Shown here one piece after another: positions 54,025 to 64,000 of a stretch of DNA of 64,000 bases. This stretch comes from Paragordius varius (taxonomy: Eukaryota; Animalia; Nematomorpha): contig OZ176056.1 of assembly GCA_964247055.1 (NCBI GenBank), forward strand, positions 5,270,001 through 5,334,000, in the 5' to 3' direction. The notes under the pieces were generated by a model. That model ran no database searches, was not told the DNA's origin, and saw nothing but the letters and a program-made list of their open reading frames with translations. The position numbers were made by a program, and so were the translations under genes. Every line of letters begins with the position of its first letter. The first letter of the stretch is position 1.

Positions 54025-54542
54025 CTTAAAAAACTTGTAACTTCCAAAAACTAAAAGCACCAACATTCATTAGTCAATCACAAAACGTGTATTTCTCACC
54101 ATTTTTTTTGTAATTGTATATAATCTATTTATTATTCTTGGTTTACAGTTAATTCCTCAAACATCTCTTATGCTAACACCTTGCCTACTGATCCCATGTT
54201 TGATCCAAAATCAATAGTTCCTACCAAAGAAAGTAAGATATGAAAAATGTTTTTTGGCTTAGTACATTTTTGAAACTATATAATGTAAACGTTAATCCAC
54301 AATAGATGTATGTCTAATTTTAATTTAGAAATTATTTCTCTTTATTGTTGTATAACTTCTCTAAGATTAAATATTCTTGATATTATAAATTTTTTGGAAT
54401 AATAATTTTACATATACACGTTTTTTATGGTTGTATTTTAGATAACCCGAGCGAAATGGATGACGATTTGTACGGTCTTGGGTCGGAACACATAATTAAT
54501 GATATTTATCGTTTACGACAACAGCAAAAGAGGATCAAATAA
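39872..54542 (+). CDS. CSTF3: Cleavage stimulation factor 77 kDa subunit (CstF-77 / suppressor of forked), HAT-repeat protein; 19 exons identified, 5' exon(s) for about the first 40 aa not found
   Basis: Hand-spliced, all GT-AG, phases compatible: 39872-40000, 40286-40383, 40477-40578, 40673-40799, 48794-48952, 49264-49345, 49419-49528, 49739-49855, 49923-50009, 50150-50293, 50378-50480, 50823-50898, 50962-51061, 51144-51354 (donor less certain), 51762-51848, 52218-52318, 53024-53084, 54149-54232, 54442-54542 (TAA). About 690 aa with CstF-77 motifs [104 protein letters not shown]-terminal [14 protein letters not shown]. Confidence 0.96.
42499..42764 (-). repeat. 3' LTR of the Mag-like element (266 bp; TG...CA on the minus strand)
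   Basis: Direct repeat of 46528-46788; the pol ORF stop TGA is the first three bases of the LTR. Confidence 0.93.
42762..46487 (-). pseudogene. gag-pol polyprotein, broken into several ORFs
   Basis: gag [11 protein letters not shown] from 46487; double knuckle [33 protein letters not shown]; protease [11 protein letters not shown]; RT YLDDVIV; RNase [11 protein letters not shown]; integrase LHVGHSG...[19 protein letters not shown]. Confidence 0.92.
46528..46788 (-). repeat. 5' LTR of the Mag-like element (261 bp), followed by a degenerate PBS (TAGCGCGGTCG)
   Basis: Direct repeat of 42499-42764; terminal CA mutated to TA; PBS resembles tRNA-Ser type TGGCGCAGTCG (inference). Confidence 0.9.
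48794..54542 (+). CDS. CSTF3: CstF-77 exon block 2 (15 exons, to stop codon)
   Basis: [23 protein letters not shown]; [16 protein letters not shown]; VYAYDQALL; [36 protein letters not shown]; [16 protein letters not shown]; final exon ends [15 protein letters not shown] at 54542. Confidence 0.95.
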
Positions 54543-54694
54543 TTTTATAGTTATTATTTTTTTCATTCCCATATCATGCGGAAATTAAATAAATTGTATA
54601 AATAATGTTAAATAATTATATTTTAACAATAATATATGTGTTTTTTAGCCAATTTTCCTAAAAACAATAGGTCATGCAAATTTAAGGATGATGC

Positions 54695-55582
54695 CTATTC
54701 ATATTTATTATTACGCAGAGTAGCCCTACGAAATAAGGGGTTAATGACAAAAATACTTATCCATTTATAGTTGGTCGCAACCATTGAAAAATCTATACGA
54801 TTAGAGAAAGCGTAAAAAATTGGTAATATTATTAGAGTATGATTGAAAAGAGGTAAAAATATAATACTTGAATCGAACATGATCTATTTTTAATCTTATC
54901 TTTGGAAAAAAAAAATTGAATACGTATACCAATATATTAATGTAAGGGGCATGGATAACTAGCATATGTTTGCACAGGGCATTCCATCTTCACTTTTTTT
55001 GACTTTTTTTATCAACATTAATTAAATAAAACGATTTCAGGTTGGAGTCATTAAATAGTTTTAGTAAATATAAAAAAGGGGAAAATGCACTATAAGACTT
55101 TTACTTAAACACAAACTATATTTTAAATTTTGAAGCTCTCTACTTATGAGGGTCAAAGGAGTGATATATTTTATAATCGATTTAATTTAAAGATCTGAAA
55201 GAACACTATAAATGGTGAAATTAATTGGTATATTGGTTCTTTAATTTGAAATCTTTGGCTGATATCATATGTGTTTGCATATTTTTTTAATGCAACTTAG
55301 AAAAACATAGAATCGCTAAAAAAATTATTCATATTATTGCCATATTATTGGTAAAGTGCAGGAGGAACCTATTATAATTAACACAAAAATATCGAAATTT
55401 CCATTTTTATAAAAAATAGCGTAAATCTCTGGCTGCTGCGCACTCCGAGGAAGGACTTCTAGGGGGGACGACAAATTTTTTGTCCTTATACTCGTGGAGA
55501 GAAATAGCGTCAAAATGATATTGTTGAGCGGGCTTAAGGGTATAAAGGCCCCAAACAAACCAAATTTAAACAATGTTAACAA
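54695..55582 (-). pseudogene. Two hydrophobic ORFs (54695-54880, 55334-55582), possible membrane-protein remnant convergent with CstF-77
   Basis: FGLFGAFIPLSPLNNIILTLF...; locally GC-richer; family not assignable. Confidence 0.25.
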
Positions 55583-55734
55583 AAAAAATATTTATTCAGG
55601 GATCTTAGTATACATAAGCAATCATTGGGTGGCAAACTAAGCTTTTTTTGACATCAGGTTTATAAATAGAAAAGACATGTATAATTTTGTCCATATGGAC
55701 TAAAGAGGTTTGATTCACACACATTTGTAAATTT

Positions 55735-55768
<34 letters not shown>

Positions 55769-56068
55769 TGCATAACCAGTGATGCAGTTGATCACTGAAG
55801 AGAGTTTTGTTCTCATGGAGTAAATATATATGGCTTACACATAATCGGATTGGAGCCTGCGAAGCCGTGATTCGAATAAAGGGCCAAATTGTAATCCATA
55901 TATGAGGATTATTTCTAAATATTATTTAATAGTTATGATCTCATAGGATTTTTAAAACGGTGCTTCCTTTTCAAAACTGTGCATTCATTCTAATATATTG
56001 GTTACTGCTGTAAAGGCCCCATGACCGATATACTATAATTATTACCTTTTTATGGGTATTATTTAAAG

Positions 56069-58896
56069 CAGGGGTGTCCAACAGGGTACTCGAGTGGCTC
56101 TTTGATTTTTTTAAAAAAAAATCATGCATTTTTATTTGGACATATAAATTATTTATAGAAACATTTAATTAAATTATTATAAATATCAATCATCGCATTC
56201 ATTTAATCATTTATAAAACACATTTTTTCTGCATATTATTTCCAACTTCAAGATGATAACTTTCATATTAAATTAAAACATTAAATTACTTGCAAATAGG
56301 TAATAATTTATTTAGCTTTCATACCAATACTAGGAATTATAATTTAGGTCCATTGAAACATTGAAATACTTGCAAAAAATAAGTATTTAAAATAATTTAT
56401 TTAGCTTTACCCATATGGGTATTATATTTTGCCATTGAAACATTAAATTACTTGCAAAAAATAGGCATTTAAAATTTTTTATTTAGCTTTCAATCTGCAT
56501 AAATCTAAAAAAGTAACTAGAAAATACAATCCCGACTGTAAATTAAAATATGAGTTTACTCAAATTTTCAACAAAGACAATTTACGACAAAATATAATTT
56601 AAAAAGACATGCCAATACCATGCATTTTGATTTTAAATATTACGACAGAAATGAAAATAATAAAATTATAATCTTTTAAAAATATTAATAATCTCCAACC
56701 AACAGTTTCATTCACGCAACCTTATCTGATAAAGGCAAGTTATATTGTTGCCAATTTAATCGCCAAAAAAATGAATTCTTATTCTGATGGTGAATTTGTA
56801 AGGAAATTATAAAATGTGTTTTGCCTAATAAAGATGAATTTATATCCAGTATAAGTCTTTCGCGCAATACAATGGGTCGACGAATTACAGACATCGCAGA
56901 AGAAATTCAACTTTCCCTTATAAAAAGAATTCAAAATTTTGTGGCGTTTTCCCTATCATTTGATGAAAGCACAGATATAAGCAACATATCACAGTTATTC
57001 GAGGGATAAATGAATTTTTAAATATAACAGAAGATATGTTAGGCTTACTTCCGATGAAAAATACAACTAAGGGAGATGATATGTTTCATGCAATTTTAAA
57101 ATGTATTGAGGACAATAAATACTATTTTGTTTGACAAGAGATGGTGTCCCAGCTAGAAACTATTATTAAATAAGATGGAATCCGATGGTATTGATACTGA
57201 CCATATATATATATATATATAATGCATTGCATGATTCACCGTGAAAATCTCTGCGAACATGCTCTGACAATGGACAATGTTATGACTGTTGTTATTAAAG
57301 TAGATAATTTTATAAAATCTCATGCTTTGAAGCATAGGCAGTTTAATGAGTTATTAATAGAAATTCATTCAGAATATGGAGATCTTATATTTTTTTCAAA
57401 TGTAAGGTGGCTTAGTCGAGGGATATGTATAAAAAGGTTTTATTAAAGAAATAATTTTTCTATTGCAGAATTATTTGGTAGAGGAATTAACAAATGAAGT
57501 TGTCAGATTTATGCTTTTCCATAGATATTACCGAAAATCTAAATCAATTAAATGAATCCTTGCAAACAAGATAATTTAATTGTTGATGCGAATAACCATA
57601 TTAAAGCGTTTTGTAAATTGACGTTATTTGAATGCCATTAAAAAAAATAATGCTCAACATTTTCCAGATTTGAATAGATTTAAAGCTGGTAAAACTAATT
57701 TTTCAAAATATGCAGATCAAATTAACATATTATTATAGCTATTAATAATCGATACGGGGATATGACAAAATATGAAAAAATATTTGATTTATTTTGTTGT
57801 CCATTCTACGTTGAAGCTATCAACGCTCCTATTAATTTACAAATGGAATTACTAGATTTGCAATCCAATAATAAATTAAAATTATTATTTGGGCAAACAA
57901 ATAAAATTGAATTTTATAAAAAATATATAACGTTTGATAAATTTCCTAATTTAAGAATTTTTGTACAAAGATTAATTTGTGCTTTTGGGTCCACTTATCT
58001 TTGTGAAAGTTTTTTTTCTAAAATGAAATACACAAAATCTCTTTCACGTTCTTTATTAACTGTTGAAAACTTGGAGAATGAATTGAGATGTGTTGTATCA
58101 AATATTGATATAGACCTGAATAATTAAGCAAAAAAATTACAAAACAAATATCCCATTAAAAATTTAATTATTAAAAATATTTAATTCTTTTATTTTTATT
58201 ATATATAAAAACTTTATTAGACATTTTCCTCGGCAACAATCATGTGCACAGAGATTTTCACGGTGTCAATGCATTATATATATTTGATCATTTTTATGGC
58301 ATCGGTTTCCATCTTATTGTTTTTTCCCATCATGGATGGGCACCAATCGTCATCAAACAAGACACGTTCATATTTAAATCAATACATTTTCAATTACATG
58401 ATTATCATCTCCCTTTAAGAAAGTAACATTTTTTTGTAGAGACTATCAATTGAGGATGCTATATGTGCTTTTATGTACTTTCTTGTAAGCCAAGTCCATT
58501 GCTTGATTCATCGTGATCTTGTATCGCGCGAAATACTTAAAACACATTTTATAATTTCATGTACGCACCTCATGATAAACTCCCTGTCTGAATAAATAAG
58601 GTTACATTTTGGCGATTAAATTCGCCACAGTCTACTCTAGTCATACTATCGAATTGCAATAAGTTTACCATATCCATGTATTCTTATCTTTTTTTACACA
58701 TTGATATAATTTAATTAGCAAAGCATTATTACATTTATTCTGTTTATTTTCTTTTTGATATGATAATTAGCACATCTATATGTTAATATAAATTTATTTG
58801 TTACCAATGTCCTGTTATATATAAATAAAAAGTGGCTCTTTGGAATTTTGAGGTCGAAAAGGTTTCTCTTTAAGCCATTTGTGTTGGACACCCCTG
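56069..58896 (+). mobile_element. Second copy of the same Buster/SPIN hAT element, 2828 bp, defective
   Basis: Same TIRs; flanks ATTTAAAG / GCTTAAAG (imperfect TSD); SLSRNTMGRRITDI, LSFDESTDISN, HCMIHRENLC, FGSTYLCESFFS; closely similar to the reverse complement of 22283-25247. Confidence 0.93.
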
Positions 58897-58904
58897 GCTT
58901 AAAG

Positions 58905-59713
58905 GCAATAGAAATGGTTAGGGGACCGAATGCGGATGATAGGCCGCGTTTTCAACACCTCTGTTTACGCACTACCTTAATTTTGATACCATGCATTAAA
59001 ATAATATTACCAAAAATGTGAAAATAAATTTAAAAATAACTGTAAAACATTAATTACATTAATATTTATTAATAAACCATTGATAAAAAATTGAAACTTT
59101 TTGCATTATGTAAATTATCTACCAGTAAGCCTTGTAGTGATATGTTCAGGCTCACCACTTTCACTGTTATTTTCTTTTGACACGAAAGATATTATTTTAA
59201 ATGAATAAATTTATATAATTATAATAAATATATCAATATGAGGTTCAATTTTCCTGTAGGATAACCCTTGCCTCTAAGTGTGCAATTAAGAAATTACGCA
59301 TGATTCATATAAATAGGCTGTTAAATATTCTTGCATTTTTGAACAAAACACCGAATTCGGATGTTAAAATTGAAGAAGAAAATAATTAAAGACATATCAT
59401 AATAAGTAGTTACAACAAAACCAATTTGTTTAATAATCTTTTTATGTCTCTTAATATAAAATAGCCTACTAAAATTTTTTCGACTTAGTGCCATACCGCT
59501 AATGATAACATTTATGCATGTAATTTTTATAATTTTCATACAATTTACTAGATCTAATTGGAAAATATTAAATAACTCAAAATGATTTTGTGCTATTTTT
59601 GAAGAATTTCGTTTGCTTTAACAGCAACTAACAAATGTCTGGACAATCAGATTGTTCTTAATTAATTTAAATTGTTATAAGAAAATTAATAATTTGGCTA
59701 CTTTTGTTGATTT

Positions 59714-59769
<56 letters not shown>

Positions 59770-59860
59770 AAGTGTAATAAACCAGCAGATAATATTTAAA
59801 AATATTATATAAAATTTAATATTATTAATTAGACTTTCATCAACATTTAATTACACTGCT
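58905..59860 (+). pseudogene. Tandem unit copy 5 (starts abruptly at the hAT end; internal deletion)
   Basis: GAAATGGTTAGGGGACCGAATGCGGATG, GCTCACCAC, ACACCGAATTCGG, CCGCTAATGAT landmarks. Confidence 0.55.
59716..59766. repeat. (TA)n microsatellite, about 25 units (others at ~23961, 35366, 53993, 55738, 57203)
   Basis: Directly visible. Confidence 0.95.
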
Positions 59861-59869
59861 CAACAAGGT

Positions 59870-60450
59870 TTTACACCACCCCATTATTTTTGCATTTTCT
59901 AATACCTAATGGCATGCAAAGGCCAAAACAAAAAAGAAAATTGAGGCCACCAATAGGATTTTTCCAAAATTTAATTTTTAATTTGTATTTAATTCAAAAA
60001 TAACAATCATTCCTCGTGTACATATGTTTAAATATTCAAACAAGCAAGTCGATACAAGTAATATTCCATGCATGGATAACAAATTCTAGGCATTAAATAA
60101 GATACTAAACAAGCTAAGAGCCAAAGTATTAAAAATCTAAAAGGGGCTTATGTATAGTGTGATAGATATGGGCGGCTGCACAAGCTTTGCATATCCCCCA
60201 AGCGATCCTATAATCATGCCAGATATGGCAAAGATAACAATAAGTAATCGCAAAGTCCGATAAGAGAGACTTGCAAGCAAAATCGTGGAAAATTGACATG
60301 TCAATTAACCAATTTACAGAAAAAAGTTAGATAAATTCTGCAATTAAATTGAATATAAATTAGGTAAATACAAATGGTCCAACACCATAACAGTAAATTC
60401 TATAAAAGTGGCTCACAACATCCATCTGAAATTCAAAATACAAAACAACC
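59870..60450 (-). pseudogene. Decayed multi-pass membrane protein fragment, possibly an MFS transporter
   Basis: ASLSYRTLRLLIVIFAISGMIIGSL resembles MFS motif A (G.LSDR.GRR) plus a helix; LFEYLNICTRGMIVIF resembles the E...T..RG motif; stops and frameshifts. Confidence 0.3.
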
Positions 60451-60479
60451 AATAATTTTAAAAAAATAAGGTATATCCT

Positions 60480-61520
60480 TACTGTAATTACTGATAATTT
60501 TAGTTGCAATCCTTTTTAAAGAAAATTTATTGAGAATCCAAAATCTTGGCAAAATCATTTAAAAATAAATCCCACCATAGTATTTGATCTTCCACTTTCT
60601 TTAGCTTCCATCCCAGATCCATTATTTGCTACTTCTGGATATTTTAAAATATACCATATAATTGCTATATCTAAGTTAATATATATTGCTAAATTGATCA
60701 TAAATGTAGTTATTATAATTTAGAGACAACACACAATATCTCTTAATCGGAAAATATATAATCTCAAAATAATGATTTTTAGCAATCGGCTATTTTTAAA
60801 TAATTTGATATAATTTTTTACAACAAGTAAGTAAAGTGGTGAACATCAGATGATTAAATAATTCACATTTTTAAATTTAATAATTTCGCCACTTTTGGAA
60901 AAGCTTTCATATAGTATATAAAATAAAGTGTAATAATCCATCAGATTGAAATAATTAAATTAAATTTAATTTTTTGAATATAATCGGACTTTCATCAAAA
61001 TTTAATTATTTAAAGAATTTAAAAATCATTTTTCAAACTTGGCCTCATCGGAGTTTAATAATATGTTTGCAAAATTATTTCTACATAAAAAGATAGTCAC
61101 CTAACAAGCAAACTTTACAATTGGGGGTTTATAATTATCAATCAATTTAAAGAGAATCTTATGTTATTTGTTTTATAAGCGGTGACTTTTAAGTTTATGT
61201 CATCTAAGTTTACTGTAAAATAATTTTTTGATTTTGGGCACCATTATGTTACATTTCAGAATTACCATATATATGATAATATAAATAAAAAATTAATTAC
61301 ATAATGTTACTCAAAATTATATTAAACCATTGATATAGGAAATATAACTTTTAGCTATTATACGAAAAAAAATATACCAATTATATTAATATTATTAGCA
61401 GGAACATTGTCCATGTTTTTTTCGTCTTTAAATATTATTTTGAGTAAAGTATCTAATATTTTACATTGTTATATTAATACTAAAACATCATAAATAAAAT
61501 GCAAGGTCTAATATTTATAA
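60480..61520 (+). pseudogene. Tandem unit copy 6 (3' half)
   Basis: TTAGTTGCAATCC through GCAAGGTC landmarks. Confidence 0.55.
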
Positions 61521-61522
61521 GA

Positions 61523-62157
61523 ATATATTGCAAAAAGGGTTGTGCAGTTATATAGCCTCATACAGTGGCGGAACTATAAATTGTGGCCCCCCCAAGCTTT
61601 AAATACTGGCAAACCTTTACCCAAAAAAAATCGTTTGAAGTTATCTTTTCACCTGGCGCCTCACTTAGATTCCTAAACATATATTTAAACCTATCCTACT
61701 ATGAAGACTAAATTCCTAATTCATAAATGGGACAGCTTGTTAAGTGAAGCTTTCTTTAATTCGCTATATTCGTTGATATAAACACATTGTCAACATATGC
61801 GTAGAATACGGGCCCATCTAGGAATAGCAGCGGGGAACTGCTTAAATATAAATTAATTGCTAAAAGTTATTTTTTCGGAATTCGGATAAATTAATTTTGA
61901 CATTTGTTTAGTCAGAATAAATTATTTTTTATGATAATATGGTTTTTTGATATTATAAAAACAAGACTTCGAACCGGTCCTAAAAAAGAGGAATTAGAAC
62001 CGGGCTTTAATTTCAAAATGAATCGCTTCCTAAAACAGCAACAGGTTCCAATACGACTTGATAAATATGTAATAATGTATTGATTAAATGGAACATTAAT
62101 GTGCGGACCGCCAAGTTTTTAAATTTTGAGAATGGCCCATTAAAATTGCTGACCACT
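61523..62157. mobile_element. Possible hAT-derived non-autonomous insertion between unit copies 6 and 7
   Basis: Starts CAGTGGCGGAAC...GGCCCCC, ends GACCACTG; interrupts the unit after TAGCCTCATA; no clear TSD. Confidence 0.35.
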
Positions 62158-62439
62158 GTTGTAGTGTGGTGAAAGTTTATCGAAAATTTGTTAACTAAAG
62201 ATAAATTTCAAAATAACATGAATCAAAGGTTAAAAGCATGAGACAAATAATGCACATTTGTATACCAGCTAACAAATTTTAGTCAATTCTCTTAATAATA
62301 AAATATGTGAAATTACAATCATTCTGTCAAAATTTAATAAATGTCCTTCGGATTGCATTAAAAAACATTTTTTACAACATTAAGGTTATTCATTCATTGT
62401 TGTAAAAGGAATTGGCCAATAATAATGTGAGTTGGCCTG

Positions 62440-64000
62440 CATAAATTGCATATATAATCGAATTACACATTTTTTTCAAGACAACAACTAAACTTCACAA
62501 CTATATTTGGGAGTCAACTAGTTAAATTGTTTCCAGATATTCATACATTATAACCTGACTTACAGTTTGATTTTTGGGTTTAGAACAGATAAAATTGACA
62601 CAAATGATATATCCAGCCCTTTTGAATCAGAAAATTTGAAATTATACATACGCAAAATTGACAAATATTTCAATTTTAAAAATATGACTTACACAATGAT
62701 GTTACTCCTTATCAAAATTACGAAATCGGAAATAATGTTTTAAAGAAGCAGTATTATTTGATTGCGTTAAAGCTATAGAAATGGTTGGGGGACCTTGTGC
62801 GGACGATGGGCCGCGTTTTTAACAGCCCCTTAAAGCACTACCTCTTTAAATCAAAAAATATCTTTTTAAATATTACTTTTGCCATTATGTAATATAAAAT
62901 CTACCAATTGGAGCGCCTCGGTATTCAGGCTGTCCACTCGATTGACTCTTTTTTTCTTTTGACACTAGAATTATGAAAAATAAAGTCTTAAATTTATATT
63001 ATTATATTATAAAAAATATCATTATAAGGTTTCAATTTTTCTGTAGAATATCCCGTGCCTCTAAGTATGCTATTAAGCAATTACGCATGATTAAGATATA
63101 TAGGCCGTTGAATTTTCTTGTATATTTTGTATACTTTTTAATGACAAAAACCGTTGGATTAAAATTGAAGAAAAAAACAATTAAAGATAAACCATAAAAA
63201 CTTGTTAACAAAAAAATCAATTTGTATATATCCTTTTACATTAAAAAGATTATATGTTTTAATTGGTAATAAATATAAATATATTCTCAATAATGAATAG
63301 GAAATGTAAAATTTAATATTCAGTTTCCTTAATTGTTTAAAACTTTTTTAAAAGTAGCATATTAAAAGGTTATTAAATAACATGCTGTGAATTTGGGACT
63401 TTTCGATTAGCAGTATGAAAATTTTTCAAATAATTGGTAGCGATTAAAAAGTATTATTATTTTCATTAATTCCAATATATTTTTTATTTGTTAGAAAAAT
63501 AGTTGAAAATTCTGTTTTAAAAAATAAATTTGATAAAATTTAAGTTATATAGGCATGGGATTATCTGCTAGAATATTAAGTAATTTTATTCAAAAGGAAA
63601 GACGATTATTAATCGAAATTCTAAAAATGTTGTTACAACAATCATTTTAATCATAAGATAATTTTAAAAAAAATATTAAATATAGCCTATTAAAACTTTG
63701 TCCATATACTTCCATACAGTTAATGATTCCTATAAATTTTGACATAAATAGTGCGCCATCCATAATCAAATGGTATTTTGGCGATTAACTCCTAAAAACT
63801 TTAAAGTATTGGTAAACTTAGAATGGTTTTATAATACTAAAAAAATATAGTGCCTCAACATATCTCAAATAAATAGTATCAATGCCACTGCAATTCACAA
63901 TTTAAGTCAAAAATATTTATTTAAATTTGTAGAGATCATTGATTTTAGGCAAAAATATTAATTAAAAAAATTTATACCAGATGTATTATTTGGATTTAAT
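62440..64000 (+). pseudogene. Tandem unit copy 7 (runs off the window end; AT-rich insert about 63240-63680)
   Basis: EAVLFDCVKAIEMVGGPCADDGPRF; NLPIG...FSFDTRIMKNKVL...RFQFFCRISRASKYAIKQLRMIKI (ORF 62973-63197). Confidence 0.55.

Noticed and set aside
55777-55820. Hammerhead-like CTGAAGA followed by a short stem
   Set aside because: The required GAAA after stem II is absent
25247-56069. Past inversion between the two oppositely oriented hAT copies
   Set aside because: The first copy retains a perfect TSD and the interrupted RTE frame rejoins, so no exchange involved it
59002-59010. Geminivirus nonanucleotide TAATATTAC in unit copy 5
   Set aside because: Not conserved in other copies (TAATATCAC, TAATATCCC), no convincing stem, expected by chance in AT-rich DNA, and no Rep motifs recognised

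Overview
Very AT-rich (by eye about 75% AT) eukaryotic, most likely invertebrate, genomic DNA; no prokaryotic features or CRISPR arrays. The only clearly intact gene is CstF-77 (CSTF3/suppressor of forked) on the + strand: 19 GT-AG exons from 39872 to the stop at 54542, with the first exon(s) not located. Its 8-kb intron holds an RTE-clade LINE into which a complete but decayed Mag-type Ty3/gypsy LTR element has inserted. The rest is a transposon graveyard: two more RTE LINEs, a Penelope GIY-YIG remnant, three Buster/SPIN-type hAT elements, a non-autonomous hAT, a TATA-flanked foldback/MITE family with 21-bp repeats (one copy nested inside another), and a ~161-bp diverged tandem array. The main unexplained feature is a ~2.3-2.5 kb unit present in about 7 diverged direct copies (1-10.7 kb and 58.9-64 kb). 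It carries a long, apparently intronless, stop-depleted + strand frame that I cannot assign to any family; it is a candidate endogenous viral or horizontally acquired gene amplified in tandem.
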